From positions 1 through 62,712 of the IMG/VR virus record IMGVR_UViG_3300032236_000245: DNA of 62,712 nucleotides, one strand, 5' to 3'. Origin of the DNA: a virus (lineage: Duplodnaviria > Caudoviricetes). The position numbers and the translations under genes were made by a program. Below are positions 52,453 to 61,816 of this stretch, one piece after another. Each line of letters begins with the position of its first letter. Within the stretch, counting starts at the first letter, position 1. Under the pieces are notes generated by a model. It was given only the letters and a program-made list of their open reading frames with translations. It was not told where the DNA came from and did no database searches.

Positions 52453-54461
52453 GCTGGCATGAACTTGTCAGGGTTGATCTGCTTACCCTGCTTAGGGTTA
52501 CCCGTCCGCGCCCGACGAACCTTGTCCATCATGGCATACAGACGCTTAGCCCCGGCGTTAGTGGAACCGTTTCCAAGGTGCGAGACCACATCTGCCGGGA
52601 CCACAAATTCGCCGTCGGCTAGAGCAGCACGTTGAGGCTTATGTCCCGTAATGACCGCAGGGATTGAATCTGACATGCCGTCGCCGTGACCATGCAGCAA
52701 CTTGCCACCCGCCGCGTAGTTCGGAGTCAGGTCAGCCAGACCGCCTTGGGCCATATGAATACCCGCCGCCCATCCACGCTCGCCACCGCCCGTCTGCGTG
52801 TACTGCCCAGTCTGAGGATCGTAGGAGTACGAAGGGTAGGTGGTCGTCGTATGGGTATCTGGGTTGGTATAGGGGGACATGCCGCCCATGCCGCCAAAAT
52901 TACGGATGGCATTCAGCCATGCTGATCCATCCGCCGGGATGCCTTTTGCAGGAATAGGATTGTTGGGCGTCGCGGGAGTTACGTCTGCCACGGTAAGCTG
53001 AGAATACGGCTGTGGCGTTACCATCTGCGTTGCACGAGCCAAGTAAGCATTCATGGCGTCGGGAGGCGGTGTCGTGATTGTCGGCGTCATCGCGTTTTGA
53101 GATGACGCATTACCCAGCATGTTTTTGTAATAGTCATTCATATTAGAAAGCGTGTTACTCATGCTCGGCGCAGGGGTTGTAACACCACCCTGATCGAAGT
53201 GTCGAAGCCCCATCAAGCCGCCCTTTTTAGCGCCGATTGTTTGAGAGGGTTCTTGCGGCATACCGGGGAACGTATGCGTAAACACACCGGGGTTCCATTG
53301 CTGCCCGATAAATGCCGACTGCCCTGCCGGGAGGTAACCCAGTTTGGCAATGTTCGGATTGACCACGCCGGGGTTGTAAAGACTGCCCTGTCCCGGCGCG
53401 GCAGTGTAATACCACGGTTGCTGTTGATCCGACTTCAGGGTTTCTTGCGGGTTCATCAAGAATGGAGCAGCAGAGGCTGCGGCAATACCCTTAGCACCGA
53501 AAGCCGTTTTGCCAAGATTTGCCATAACCGCATTACGCCCCTGCTCTGTACCAAGACCCCTAATACCCTGTGCGAGCAGCTGAGAGTTAGATACGGGTGC
53601 GGCCAACGTACCATCAGCACCGGCCAGCATTTGTCCGGTAACGCGTCCGGCAGAATTTATCTCAGGGAGGTACAACTGAGGCGACGCGGTATTAAATACC
53701 GGAGTTGGTGGCGCAGCCGCTGCTTGCGCCATAGCCGCTTTAGCTTCTGGACCAGCCCATGCAGCGCCGTTAACACCTTCTTCGGCACCGGTAACCGCAC
53801 CGGAAGGCGGCATAATATCAACTGGACCAAATCCCGGTATTTGTGCAATGCCTTCTACGCCTTCCGCCGCACCGGGAGCAGCTTGCGCGGCGTCAGCAAC
53901 CGATGACAACGGGGTTTGCGCTAGTTCAGCAGTATCCTGACCCAACGCTCCGGCAATGCCACTTGTATCTGCGCCAGTAGCGGCAGCGGCCTCACCAAGA
54001 TTAGTTGCCCCGCTTTCTGCTGCGGTCTTTAGCCCTTCAGCCGCTGCCTGAGTTCCCGCCTGAGTAGCACCACCTATCAAAGACCCCGCCAGACCTGCGC
54101 CGCCGTAGCCACCCAACGCGCCAAGGCCAAGACGCGCCCACAAAGGCATTTTCTTATCGCCGGTAAAAGCGCCGGTAACCGCGCCAGCTAGAAGCGGTGC
54201 AGCCATGCCGCCTGTAAATAACGTGGCAACGCCACCGGCCAACATGGGTAGAAGACTGCTAAGCCATCCGGCTTCATAAAGTCCCGTATGAGGGTTACGG
54301 GTTAATTGACCGCCCGTCGCCATGGCAATTTTATTCAATGCCCCGACTTCGCTAGGGGACATGTGGACGAGCATGGAATCGCCGCCACGACCGAGTGAGG
54401 CAAGCCCCTGAGCCATCTTGTGTGGGTGGTGCGCTAGGGGGCGCATTTGGCCTGTGATCAT
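52449..54461 (-). CDS. Internal virion protein
   Basis: GRGGDSMLVHM..NPHTGLYEA; C-terminal GDGMSDSIPA..DGEFVVPADVVS. Confidence 0.75.
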   Translation of the reverse strand: MITGQMRPLAHHPHKMAQGLASLGRGGDSMLVHMSPSEVGALNKIAMATGGQLTRNPHTGLYEAGWLSSLLPMLAGGVATLFTGGMAAPLLAGAVTGAFTGDKKMPLWARLGLGALGGYGGAGLAGSLIGGATQAGTQAAAEGLKTAAESGATNLGEAAAATGADTSGIAGALGQDTAELAQTPLSSVADAAQAAPGAAEGVEGIAQIPGFGPVDIMPPSGAVTGAEEGVNGAAWAGPEAKAAMAQAAAAPPTPVFNTASPQLYLPEINSAGRVTGQMLAGADGTLAAPVSNSQLLAQGIRGLGTEQGRNAVMANLGKTAFGAKGIAAASAAPFLMNPQETLKSDQQQPWYYTAAPGQGSLYNPGVVNPNIAKLGYLPAGQSAFIGQQWNPGVFTHTFPGMPQEPSQTIGAKKGGLMGLRHFDQGGVTTPAPSMSNTLSNMNDYYKNMLGNASSQNAMTPTITTPPPDAMNAYLARATQMVTPQPYSQLTVADVTPATPNNPIPAKGIPADGSAWLNAIRNFGGMGGMSPYTNPDTHTTTTYPSYSYDPQTGQYTQTGGGERGWAAGIHMAQGGLADLTPNYAAGGKLLHGHGDGMSDSIPAVITGHKPQRAALADGEFVVPADVVSHLGNGSTNAGAKRLYAMMDKVRRARTGNPKQGKQINPDKFMPA

Positions 54462-54500
54462 AATTGCCTCATCAAGTCAAGTTTCGTGAATGATATCATT

Positions 54501-55115
54501 TTACAGAGGAATGCTAGAAACCCAGTTGATCGTGAAAATCACGGACGGAGATGCCGGGATCGTCGCCGTTGCCGCAATGTAGGGGAGCGTGACCGACGTA
54601 TCCGAGGATGTCCAAGCAAGTTGCACGTAGTCACCCGCCTGTAGCGGCAGTACGTAGTTCCATGAGGTAACTAATCGGGAACCGCTTGCCGAATTACCAA
54701 GGGTGCAAACGCCACCAGAATCTTTTATATCAACCCCGTTCTGACGTAGCCAGAAATACACGTCCGTACTGGAGCCGCCACCAGAACCTTTTTGCACTTG
54801 GGCGGAGAACTGAATATTGTAAATGCCTGATTCTGCTACAAAAACTTTAGCATTAACGGCAGTGCCATCAGTGACTGAAGTTTTGTAGGCAGATGCTGTA
54901 TTGCTTAGGTGGATCGTTTGAGGAACACTAGCGCCCGGATTTGTCTGATTCGACGTATCGTAGAATGACCCGTATGGCGTAGCCGCGTTGACGACATTCG
55001 TCAGTTGGTTAAAGAATAAGCGAAGGACGTTGGAATACTGCTCTTGCCACGTCGTAGCGTACTGCGGCGGAGATGTCGGCAAGTTGGGCGGAGATACCTT
55101 CCGGGTGACAGCCAT
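54501..55115 (-). CDS. Tail-associated protein with C1q/BclA-like C-terminus
   Basis: LRLFFNQL, GIYNIQFSAQ, LQAGDYVQL. Confidence 0.65.
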   Translation of the reverse strand: MAVTRKVSPPNLPTSPPQYATTWQEQYSNVLRLFFNQLTNVVNAATPYGSFYDTSNQTNPGASVPQTIHLSNTASAYKTSVTDGTAVNAKVFVAESGIYNIQFSAQVQKGSGGGSSTDVYFWLRQNGVDIKDSGGVCTLGNSASGSRLVTSWNYVLPLQAGDYVQLAWTSSDTSVTLPYIAATATIPASPSVIFTINWVSSIPL

Positions 55116-57664
55116 TAGCGTCTCCCGTCTGGGCGGATATCAAACCGCATCAGCCCCAACTGCCACGTCGTACCCTTCTTGGTGGACTCAACCCGAAATG
55201 CCATTTGGCGTCCACGGACACGGGCGTACAGCACTCCGGTGTACTGCTCAACCGGAATCTGAGCAGGAGGCGTAGGCGGCAGGACAATGCTATTGACCGT
55301 ACTGGGAGTCGAGGAATCGTAGTTAGAGCCGGGGTAGTACCGTGGCTTCAAGGTCAGCAGCACCTGCGGGTTAGACCCCGGCGTCGATCCGTCGAAGGTC
55401 AAGTCAGGGACGATGCGGGATACGAACGACAGATGCTCGCCGTCGTCCAGATCAAAGTCGCTCGTCTCAATGTAGGCAGGGAGTGCCACAGAGGGAGTGA
55501 CCGATCCATCGTCATAACCGATTTCATGCTTGACGATCTGATTGCCGGGGCTATTGGTCACCGCAGCGTAAATCGTATGAGACGCCGCCGTCGTACTGTT
55601 GTAGCCGCGTGTGAGACCACTAAGGAACGTACCACCATTCGTCGTGTAGGCAATTTGTTCATTGTCGATAATGACCACGCCAGAGTTGGGATAAGACGCA
55701 GAAGTGATCATTGGGATTTGCGTATCGGTGGCCGATATAGCCGCAGACAGATAAGAGTTCTGTACGCTGATAACCCCATACGGAGTAGACGATAACGGGG
55801 TGTCATACCACCCTGTGCGGTTCATCGTGCCGAAATACCAATTATTGTCCGCATAGTTCCAAATGACGTAGCTGTCATTCGTATTGCTATTGGTTGATGG
55901 GTAGTGCCACCAGACCTCACTGTACTCTTCGTTATGACCGCAGATGACCTGATACGACTGTGAGAAGTTCAGGTTGTTGAAGATGTACTGACGGATCGTG
56001 CAGGGGAGCGGGGAAACCGTACCGCTATACACGTAGAACTTATCGACGCCCATCCAGTAGGTGATGTTGTTCACCGTGATCATGGCGTTAGGCGACATGA
56101 TGGAGATGTTGTCCATCAAGGTCTGGAAGTTAAACACGTACGGCGCACCGATGTACTGCATGGAATACAGGGCTTTGTCCGTCCAGATCAGAAGTTCCTG
56201 ACGCGCTGCCGTGCCACCAACGATGTACGAACCGTTGGCTAAGATCACTTCGCCTGACTGATTGAACGTAGATGGTGTCCATTCTTGAACAACAGACTGA
56301 TCAGACCACCGTACAAGCATGGGGTTGAATGCAGGGGTTGGATTAGACGGATCATATGGAGATGACCCAAGCGCCACAGCAAATTGATATGTGCTGAACG
56401 ATACAATCTGATTGATCTGCGTCGGGGATGTGTTACCCGCAAAACTAAAATTGACAACTGAAGCCGTCGTAAGCGTCACTGCGGCACTGACCGTGATTGT
56501 CGTGCTGCCGTTCCAACCGCCCAGAGTGCTATACAAAACGTATGTACCCGCCGGAATGGTACCGCCACCCGACTTCACTGAAACAACCGCGCCGTAGTCG
56601 ATATCTAACGTATCGGAAACTACAAACGTAGTGCTGCCTGTAACGTTGGCTTGGACTGTCTTATACGTTTTCGGTACGGAATTAGCATACGCGAGCATCG
56701 TGACCGCAGGGGCATACGTCGTGGTGTCTTTGACCCAGTAGTAAATCTTGCCGCCGCGAGCGCCAAAAAGGAGGTTTTCGCCCCAGTTAGACTGCGACCA
56801 AAGAGCTAGAGGGGTAGATCCACCTGTACTCGTACCCCACGCACCAGAACCCCAAGCAGATACGCCCCAACCCGCACTTGCAGTTGCAGAATACGTGGCG
56901 CTAGATGCCACAAGATCATATGTGGCTACAACGGCAGAGCCGCCACCCGATGAACTGCCACCTACGCCCGGAACATACACCGTATATGTGCCAGACCCTG
57001 CGGTGACAATTTCGTACGATCCGTTCAATCGTAAGTTTGTAACCGTACCCGCTACGGTCATGGGACCTGTAGTACCGCTTAAGAAAGACAAAGAAGATGT
57101 AGTAGACGCCGTTATAGTCTTGACGCCGTTATATCCGGCAGGAGTTACACCTGCAATGGTTACTGAGTCGCCTACCGTAGGCGCAACGGCTTGAGGGGCA
57201 AACGTAATAGTCGCCGCGGTGCCATCTCCACTTGTGCCGGTTACCGTAAGCGTCAAAAATCCAGTACTACCTGAAAACGTAACAAACGAACCCGCTGTAG
57301 AAGCAAATCCCGCGTCAGTCACTGTAACCAGATTGCTGCCGGATACAGCCGTAAATGGGCTAGCGCCAAGAGTTACAGTACGTGAAACCGGCGTGATGGG
57401 ATAAAACGTGCCGTTGTTTTGCACGTAGTATCGTTGATTGGTACCAACCGCAATCAATGCTTCAGACGACAACGTGACCCATTCAAATAGGGATCGGCAT
57501 ACACCGGCAAACGAGTTCAGTGAGTTTGTAATCCAGCCGCCGATCTTTTCAGCGTAACCAGAGCGGAACCGAATCTTGTCACCGCTCCAGTAGCCGCCTT
57601 CACCCGCGTAGTTGGTGTTCTCGCGGTTCATCCCTGTTTTGACTTGGATCTTCTTAAGGGGCAT
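55115..57664 (-). CDS. Tail nozzle/stabilisation protein (tail tubular B-like)
   Basis: 849 aa, DKIRFRSG..EKIGGW, VRWSDQ, EVWWHYP, RVRGRQ..DGRR. Confidence 0.78.
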   Translation of the reverse strand: MPLKKIQVKTGMNRENTNYAGEGGYWSGDKIRFRSGYAEKIGGWITNSLNSFAGVCRSLFEWVTLSSEALIAVGTNQRYYVQNNGTFYPITPVSRTVTLGASPFTAVSGSNLVTVTDAGFASTAGSFVTFSGSTGFLTLTVTGTSGDGTAATITFAPQAVAPTVGDSVTIAGVTPAGYNGVKTITASTTSSLSFLSGTTGPMTVAGTVTNLRLNGSYEIVTAGSGTYTVYVPGVGGSSSGGGSAVVATYDLVASSATYSATASAGWGVSAWGSGAWGTSTGGSTPLALWSQSNWGENLLFGARGGKIYYWVKDTTTYAPAVTMLAYANSVPKTYKTVQANVTGSTTFVVSDTLDIDYGAVVSVKSGGGTIPAGTYVLYSTLGGWNGSTTITVSAAVTLTTASVVNFSFAGNTSPTQINQIVSFSTYQFAVALGSSPYDPSNPTPAFNPMLVRWSDQSVVQEWTPSTFNQSGEVILANGSYIVGGTAARQELLIWTDKALYSMQYIGAPYVFNFQTLMDNISIMSPNAMITVNNITYWMGVDKFYVYSGTVSPLPCTIRQYIFNNLNFSQSYQVICGHNEEYSEVWWHYPSTNSNTNDSYVIWNYADNNWYFGTMNRTGWYDTPLSSTPYGVISVQNSYLSAAISATDTQIPMITSASYPNSGVVIIDNEQIAYTTNGGTFLSGLTRGYNSTTAASHTIYAAVTNSPGNQIVKHEIGYDDGSVTPSVALPAYIETSDFDLDDGEHLSFVSRIVPDLTFDGSTPGSNPQVLLTLKPRYYPGSNYDSSTPSTVNSIVLPPTPPAQIPVEQYTGVLYARVRGRQMAFRVESTKKGTTWQLGLMRFDIRPDGRR

Positions 57665-57666
57665 GA

Positions 57667-58110
57667 CTACACCTTGGAGAACAACTCGGCTTCAGCAGCG
57701 CGACGTTTAACGAGTCCCGGTAAAACCTTGCCACCGCCTTTGGTCCACTTGCCAAACTCCAGAGCCGCCTCAGCGAACTTCTTTTCGTTGACGAGTTTCA
57801 GCAGGGTAGATGACTTGAAGTTGCCTGAACCACAGTTGAATACGAAGTCGCACAAGGCGTCGAACTGATTCTGCGTCAGTTGCGGCTCAACCATATTATT
57901 GACCGTACTCTGAGCGCCAAGAAGATCCAACATCAAGTATTGATCAGCGCGGGCCTGATCAATTGTCAGCCCCTCATGCACTTCAGGACCAGTATGTCCG
58001 TAGCCAATCGTCCACTTCTCAGCAGGGCATTTGTACGCGGTCAGTTTGCAACCTTCAAACTGCTTCGTGATAGCGGCACAGTTTGGGCTGACACTCATTC
58101 GTTTCATCAT
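57667..58110 (-). CDS. Endolysin, GH24 phage lysozyme
   Basis: FEGC..AYKCPA..WTIGYGHT..QFDAL..FN.G..GLVKRRAAE. Confidence 0.93.
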   Translation of the reverse strand: MMKRMSVSPNCAAITKQFEGCKLTAYKCPAEKWTIGYGHTGPEVHEGLTIDQARADQYLMLDLLGAQSTVNNMVEPQLTQNQFDALCDFVFNCGSGNFKSSTLLKLVNEKKFAEAALEFGKWTKGGGKVLPGLVKRRAAEAELFSKV

Positions 58111-58120
58111 GGGGTAATTC

Positions 58121-58327
58121 TCACTGCACCGTACATTGAACGCCTAAGACGATTGGGGGCAACTGCTTGAGGTTATGTTCTCGCTGCCGCCCCCATTCAT
58201 CTTGTTCATCAACCAGACTTGCTGCCGGATGACAGTCCAACCCTTGCTGATGTAATGACGTGCATGATGGCGTTAAACAAGCCAGCAAGAGAAACAAGCC
58301 CCGCAGCCAGAGATTGAAGCGTTGCAT
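58121..58327 (-). CDS. Putative lipoprotein overlapping the holin-like gene out of frame
   Basis: MQRFNLWLRGLFLLLAC signal-like N-terminus; GGGGA RBS; fills the gap to the lysozyme gene. Confidence 0.5.
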   Translation of the reverse strand: MQRFNLWLRGLFLLLACLTPSCTSLHQQGLDCHPAASLVDEQDEWGRQREHNLKQLPPIVLGVQCTVQ

Positions 58328-58502
58328 CGTCAATCCCCAAGTTATAGCCAAAGCCCTTGCCAAGCGACACAGCGGAGCCAAGGACAGCAAGGACGGAGTT
58401 CACCGCAATCGTGCCGTTCTTCCACGCCTCGACGTTGGCGACTTCCTTGCCCTTCTTGAACAAGTCCATGAACCCAGAAATATTCTTGATGAAGTCAAAC
58501 AT
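58209..58502 (-). CDS. Putative holin
   Basis: 97 aa, two hydrophobic segments, next to the endolysin gene. Confidence 0.55.
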   Translation of the reverse strand: MFDFIKNISGFMDLFKKGKEVANVEAWKNGTIAVNSVLAVLGSAVSLGKGFGYNLGIDDATLQSLAAGLVSLAGLFNAIMHVITSARVGLSSGSKSG

Positions 58503-58720
58503 TATTCAGTCCTCTTAGGAATGCGCTGTTCTAGCGCGGTAACTCTGCTTTCCATCTTCAAGGCATAAGCATTGAAGTTGTTGGCTAATTCATCTACTCG
58601 GTTGATAAGTGAGGTGCCAAGCCATGCAATCAATCCAATCAGCACAGTGATCAGAGCGCCCGTAAAGTCTTTTGGTACCATGACTTTCATAGATTGTGTG
58701 TCCGTAGGATTGAATGCCAT
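58502..58720 (-). CDS. Single-TM coiled-coil protein of the lysis region
   Basis: 72 aa, ALITVLIGLIAWLG followed by a coiled coil. Confidence 0.65.
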   Translation of the reverse strand: MAFNPTDTQSMKVMVPKDFTGALITVLIGLIAWLGTSLINRVDELANNFNAYALKMESRVTALEQRIPKRTE

Positions 58721-58723
58721 GAT

Positions 58724-59323
58724 TTACGTCCAGATAAATTGAACTTGGCCCGCAGCGCCGCCGCCCGACGCAGCAGAACTAAGAGGGCTACCACCGCCTC
58801 CGCCGCCGGGAGCCGTGCCGTTACCGGGACCAGTACCACCCGCACCGCCACCGGAAGATCCTGATGGTCCTGCACCCGCGCCGCCGACAATGGATGTACC
58901 GCTTGTTGTACCGGTAAAACCAGAACCGCCAGTAAAGCCACCGCCACTACCGTTCACACCACCCGAACCCGCGCCGCCGCCGTTTGCGGTCAACGACACG
59001 CCACCCGGAGTACTCGTAACAGTTGATGCGTTACCGGGGACACCGGCCAAACTACTACCGCTAGTTCTACCGCTTACTGCCGCTGCGACTGTGTACGTAA
59101 AGGATGTATAAGACCCGACAGCGACTGTGAGGGTTGTAAAACCACCGCCACCACCCGAGCCGCCTTGTCCTGTTGCTGCGTTTTCGCCGCCACCACCACC
59201 ACCCCATACGTTGATCTGCACACTAGTCGCGCCAACTGGAACAGGAATAGATTGCGTCGTGCCAGACGTAAATGTATTTGTTTGTCCGGCAAAAGAACTT
59301 ATGACATTGAGAATAGCGCCCAT
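58724..59323 (-). CDS. Glycine-rich tail fibre tip/adhesin
   Basis: 199 aa, VWGGGGGG..GGGGG repeats. Confidence 0.72.
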   Translation of the reverse strand: MGAILNVISSFAGQTNTFTSGTTQSIPVPVGATSVQINVWGGGGGGENAATGQGGSGGGGGFTTLTVAVGSYTSFTYTVAAAVSGRTSGSSLAGVPGNASTVTSTPGGVSLTANGGGAGSGGVNGSGGGFTGGSGFTGTTSGTSIVGGAGAGPSGSSGGGAGGTGPGNGTAPGGGGGGSPLSSAASGGGAAGQVQFIWT

Positions 59324-59332
59324 GTATAGCCC

Positions 59333-59809
59333 TTAACTGATGTAGATGGACACTTGTGCGCCCACTGTAGTACCGAACAACGACACCGCGTCAACACGCG
59401 AGAATACAAAACGAGTATTGGAAGGATTACCTAAAAGGTCAAATGTTGACGATGGCGATGACATAGTTGTGCCATTGATAGTTAACGAATTGATACCGGT
59501 AAGGTTGTTTCCGGATACATAAACGTAATAGTACTGCGCGTCACCAGTACCGTTAGCTGCGCTTCGGGACATAACACCAATAACAGTCAGTCCGTTAACA
59601 ATGTAGGGCGTAGTCGATATGCTACCCACAGCCGTATCAGGATAATAAAGAAATCCAGTTGTGCCTGAAGCAATAACAGTAGTCCAACCTAACCAGTCAA
59701 ATGTATTACCGTTACCGGGGTTTGTAGATGATGAGCGACCAACAGTCACACGGTTGTTACTGCTACCGCCGCCGTTTGCCATGATCAAGTTAAGTGCGCC
59801 GCTCATCAC
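59333..59809 (-). CDS. Tail fibre tip-like protein
   Basis: 158 aa; GALNLI N-terminus resembles the GAILNVI of the next gene. Confidence 0.62.
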   Translation of the reverse strand: MMSGALNLIMANGGGSSNNRVTVGRSSSTNPGNGNTFDWLGWTTVIASGTTGFLYYPDTAVGSISTTPYIVNGLTVIGVMSRSAANGTGDAQYYYVYVSGNNLTGINSLTINGTTMSSPSSTFDLLGNPSNTRFVFSRVDAVSLFGTTVGAQVSIYIS

Positions 59810-59815
59810 TAAGCC

Positions 59816-61816
59816 TTAGGTTAAGTTGGAGCCGGTAACAAGCCAACGAGTACTCGTTAACTTAACTGCGGTAGCTAAACCATATCGACCAAGAGTGCGC
59901 ACACCCGTAGTACCCGACGTATTGATCGCGGTATCTGTGACGATATTGATGGCAATGTTCGTAGACGAGATGCTCGTTGTTGTATCGTTCATGAACGACA
60001 GAACAGTGCCGACTGGGTAAGGCACCGTGGTATTTGCCGGAATCAGTACGGTTGGAATGGCAGTGATTGCACCCGAGACAGTACCCGTAGGATTCAACGC
60101 AGTACCCGCTGCGTTAACCAGCGTGAGGCTATATGGATTCGTACCGCTGACGTTTGAAATGATAGAGCCAGCGGCGACGTTTGTTCCAGTAACGGTCTGA
60201 CCAACAGCAAAAGTACCCGCAACGGTGCCGCTTGCCGTAATGATGTTGGATGCCGTAGTACCGGACGATGCAGTCGAAGTGGCACCCGCCGTACCGCTGT
60301 AATAGATCGTCTTACCAGAATCAGACAGTATCGCCGTGTAAGTGCTACCGGTGATGCTGTTGATCGGAGCTTCAAGGTAACCGACGTTGTAGTTAGTACC
60401 CGAGGCACTCGCAATCTGCGCCGAATGGATACCGCTTGGGCCGTTGACGGTAAGCGTTGGGCTACCGGCATAGAAGGACATCGTGGTGGAACCCACGGTT
60501 TGATTGACGTTTACAACCCAAGAAGTACCACTACCCGATTGGATTATGGTGCCTTGTGCAACGCCGGTACCGGTCACAAGTTGGCCTGTCGCTACGGCAG
60601 CGTTGGTTGCGCCGAGCGTGAGCGTCGTACCGGAAATTGAGCAACCCGTTTGAGTCGTAATTGTCGTAGGAGCAACAACGTTCACGTTGCCCGTCGAACC
60701 GATAGTCGCTCGCTGAGTCGTGTTAGTTGCAAAGCCTAGCGTATTGGCAGAGGGCAGGTAGACGCCATTAACTGGCACGGACGTTCCGTTGACCGTAAGC
60801 GTTGTACCTGTGATGGCTCCACTACTGGTGATCGCACCGCTGGTGATCGCACCGCTAGCATTGAAAGCACCGTATACGTTCCACGCGCCGGTAGACGCAT
60901 CCACCCAAGTAAGCGTCGGAGTACAGGTCAACGCAGTAGGAGAGCCGGAACTTGCAACCGTCTGAGAGGCATTGACTACCCAATAGTTACCACTACCGCC
61001 CGTGATAGTCGTACCTGTTAGGACATTAGTGCCGGTGACGATTTGTCCAATAGCAACCGTACCGCTAACGGTTGAAGATACCGTGAGCAAAGTTGATGCC
61101 GAGCCGGTGATCGTCGTGCTTGTGACGTTCTGACTTACACTGACTGTCCAAGCTGTGCCTGAGCCGCCAACGATCACAGTATTAGGTGCAATGCCTGTAC
61201 CGGAGAGAATTTGTCCGATAGCAACCGTGCCGCTATTGACGATTGTCAGCGTAAGATTGAATCCAGTAATGGATCCATTGAAGTTAGACGTGGCGGTTAC
61301 CGGCGCGATATAGCCGTTGATAGACGCTGCCGTGCCTGACGATTGTAGGAAGAGTACGGATCCAGACGTAACCGGACCGCCTTGCACGTATCCGCCAGAA
61401 GATGAACTGACGTAATTGACTGCTTCGACTACGTTTGTACCGTCCACAAGTAAGGCCATAGCCTTACCATTTGGAACCGAAATACCAGTTCCGCTTGCGG
61501 TTCTTACAGTTACGTTTTGTCCACCCGTCGTAGCGTTGGTAATGAAGTAGGTTTTTTGTACCGTAGGAACAATCAAACTGCGCGTAGCGGTCAATGCACC
61601 GGTCAACCTCAAAGCCGCATTTCGACCCGGACTAGCTGCGCCGTTAGCAATACTGACTGTGGTATCGGCATCTGGAATTGCTTGAGTCGAGTAACCACCA
61701 ATCGCCTGTTCGATCAACGTGCAGATGTTAGTGTTGGTGTAGTTGCCCCACAATCCAGACTCAGTACCGGTTGTGATGTTGATGAGGCCGAGGTTTGTGC
61801 TATATGCAATAGTCAT
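59816..61816 (-). CDS. Tail fibre protein
   Basis: 666 aa, YSTNLGL..GTESGLWG..TN N-terminus; repeated ISGTTLT..GQ.VTGT units. Confidence 0.8.
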   Translation of the reverse strand: MTIAYSTNLGLINITTGTESGLWGNYTNTNICTLIEQAIGGYSTQAIPDADTTVSIANGAASPGRNAALRLTGALTATRSLIVPTVQKTYFITNATTGGQNVTVRTASGTGISVPNGKAMALLVDGTNVVEAVNYVSSSSGGYVQGGPVTSGSVLFLQSSGTAASINGYIAPVTATSNFNGSITGFNLTLTIVNSGTVAIGQILSGTGIAPNTVIVGGSGTAWTVSVSQNVTSTTITGSASTLLTVSSTVSGTVAIGQIVTGTNVLTGTTITGGSGNYWVVNASQTVASSGSPTALTCTPTLTWVDASTGAWNVYGAFNASGAITSGAITSSGAITGTTLTVNGTSVPVNGVYLPSANTLGFATNTTQRATIGSTGNVNVVAPTTITTQTGCSISGTTLTLGATNAAVATGQLVTGTGVAQGTIIQSGSGTSWVVNVNQTVGSTTMSFYAGSPTLTVNGPSGIHSAQIASASGTNYNVGYLEAPINSITGSTYTAILSDSGKTIYYSGTAGATSTASSGTTASNIITASGTVAGTFAVGQTVTGTNVAAGSIISNVSGTNPYSLTLVNAAGTALNPTGTVSGAITAIPTVLIPANTTVPYPVGTVLSFMNDTTTSISSTNIAINIVTDTAINTSGTTGVRTLGRYGLATAVKLTSTRWLVTGSNLT

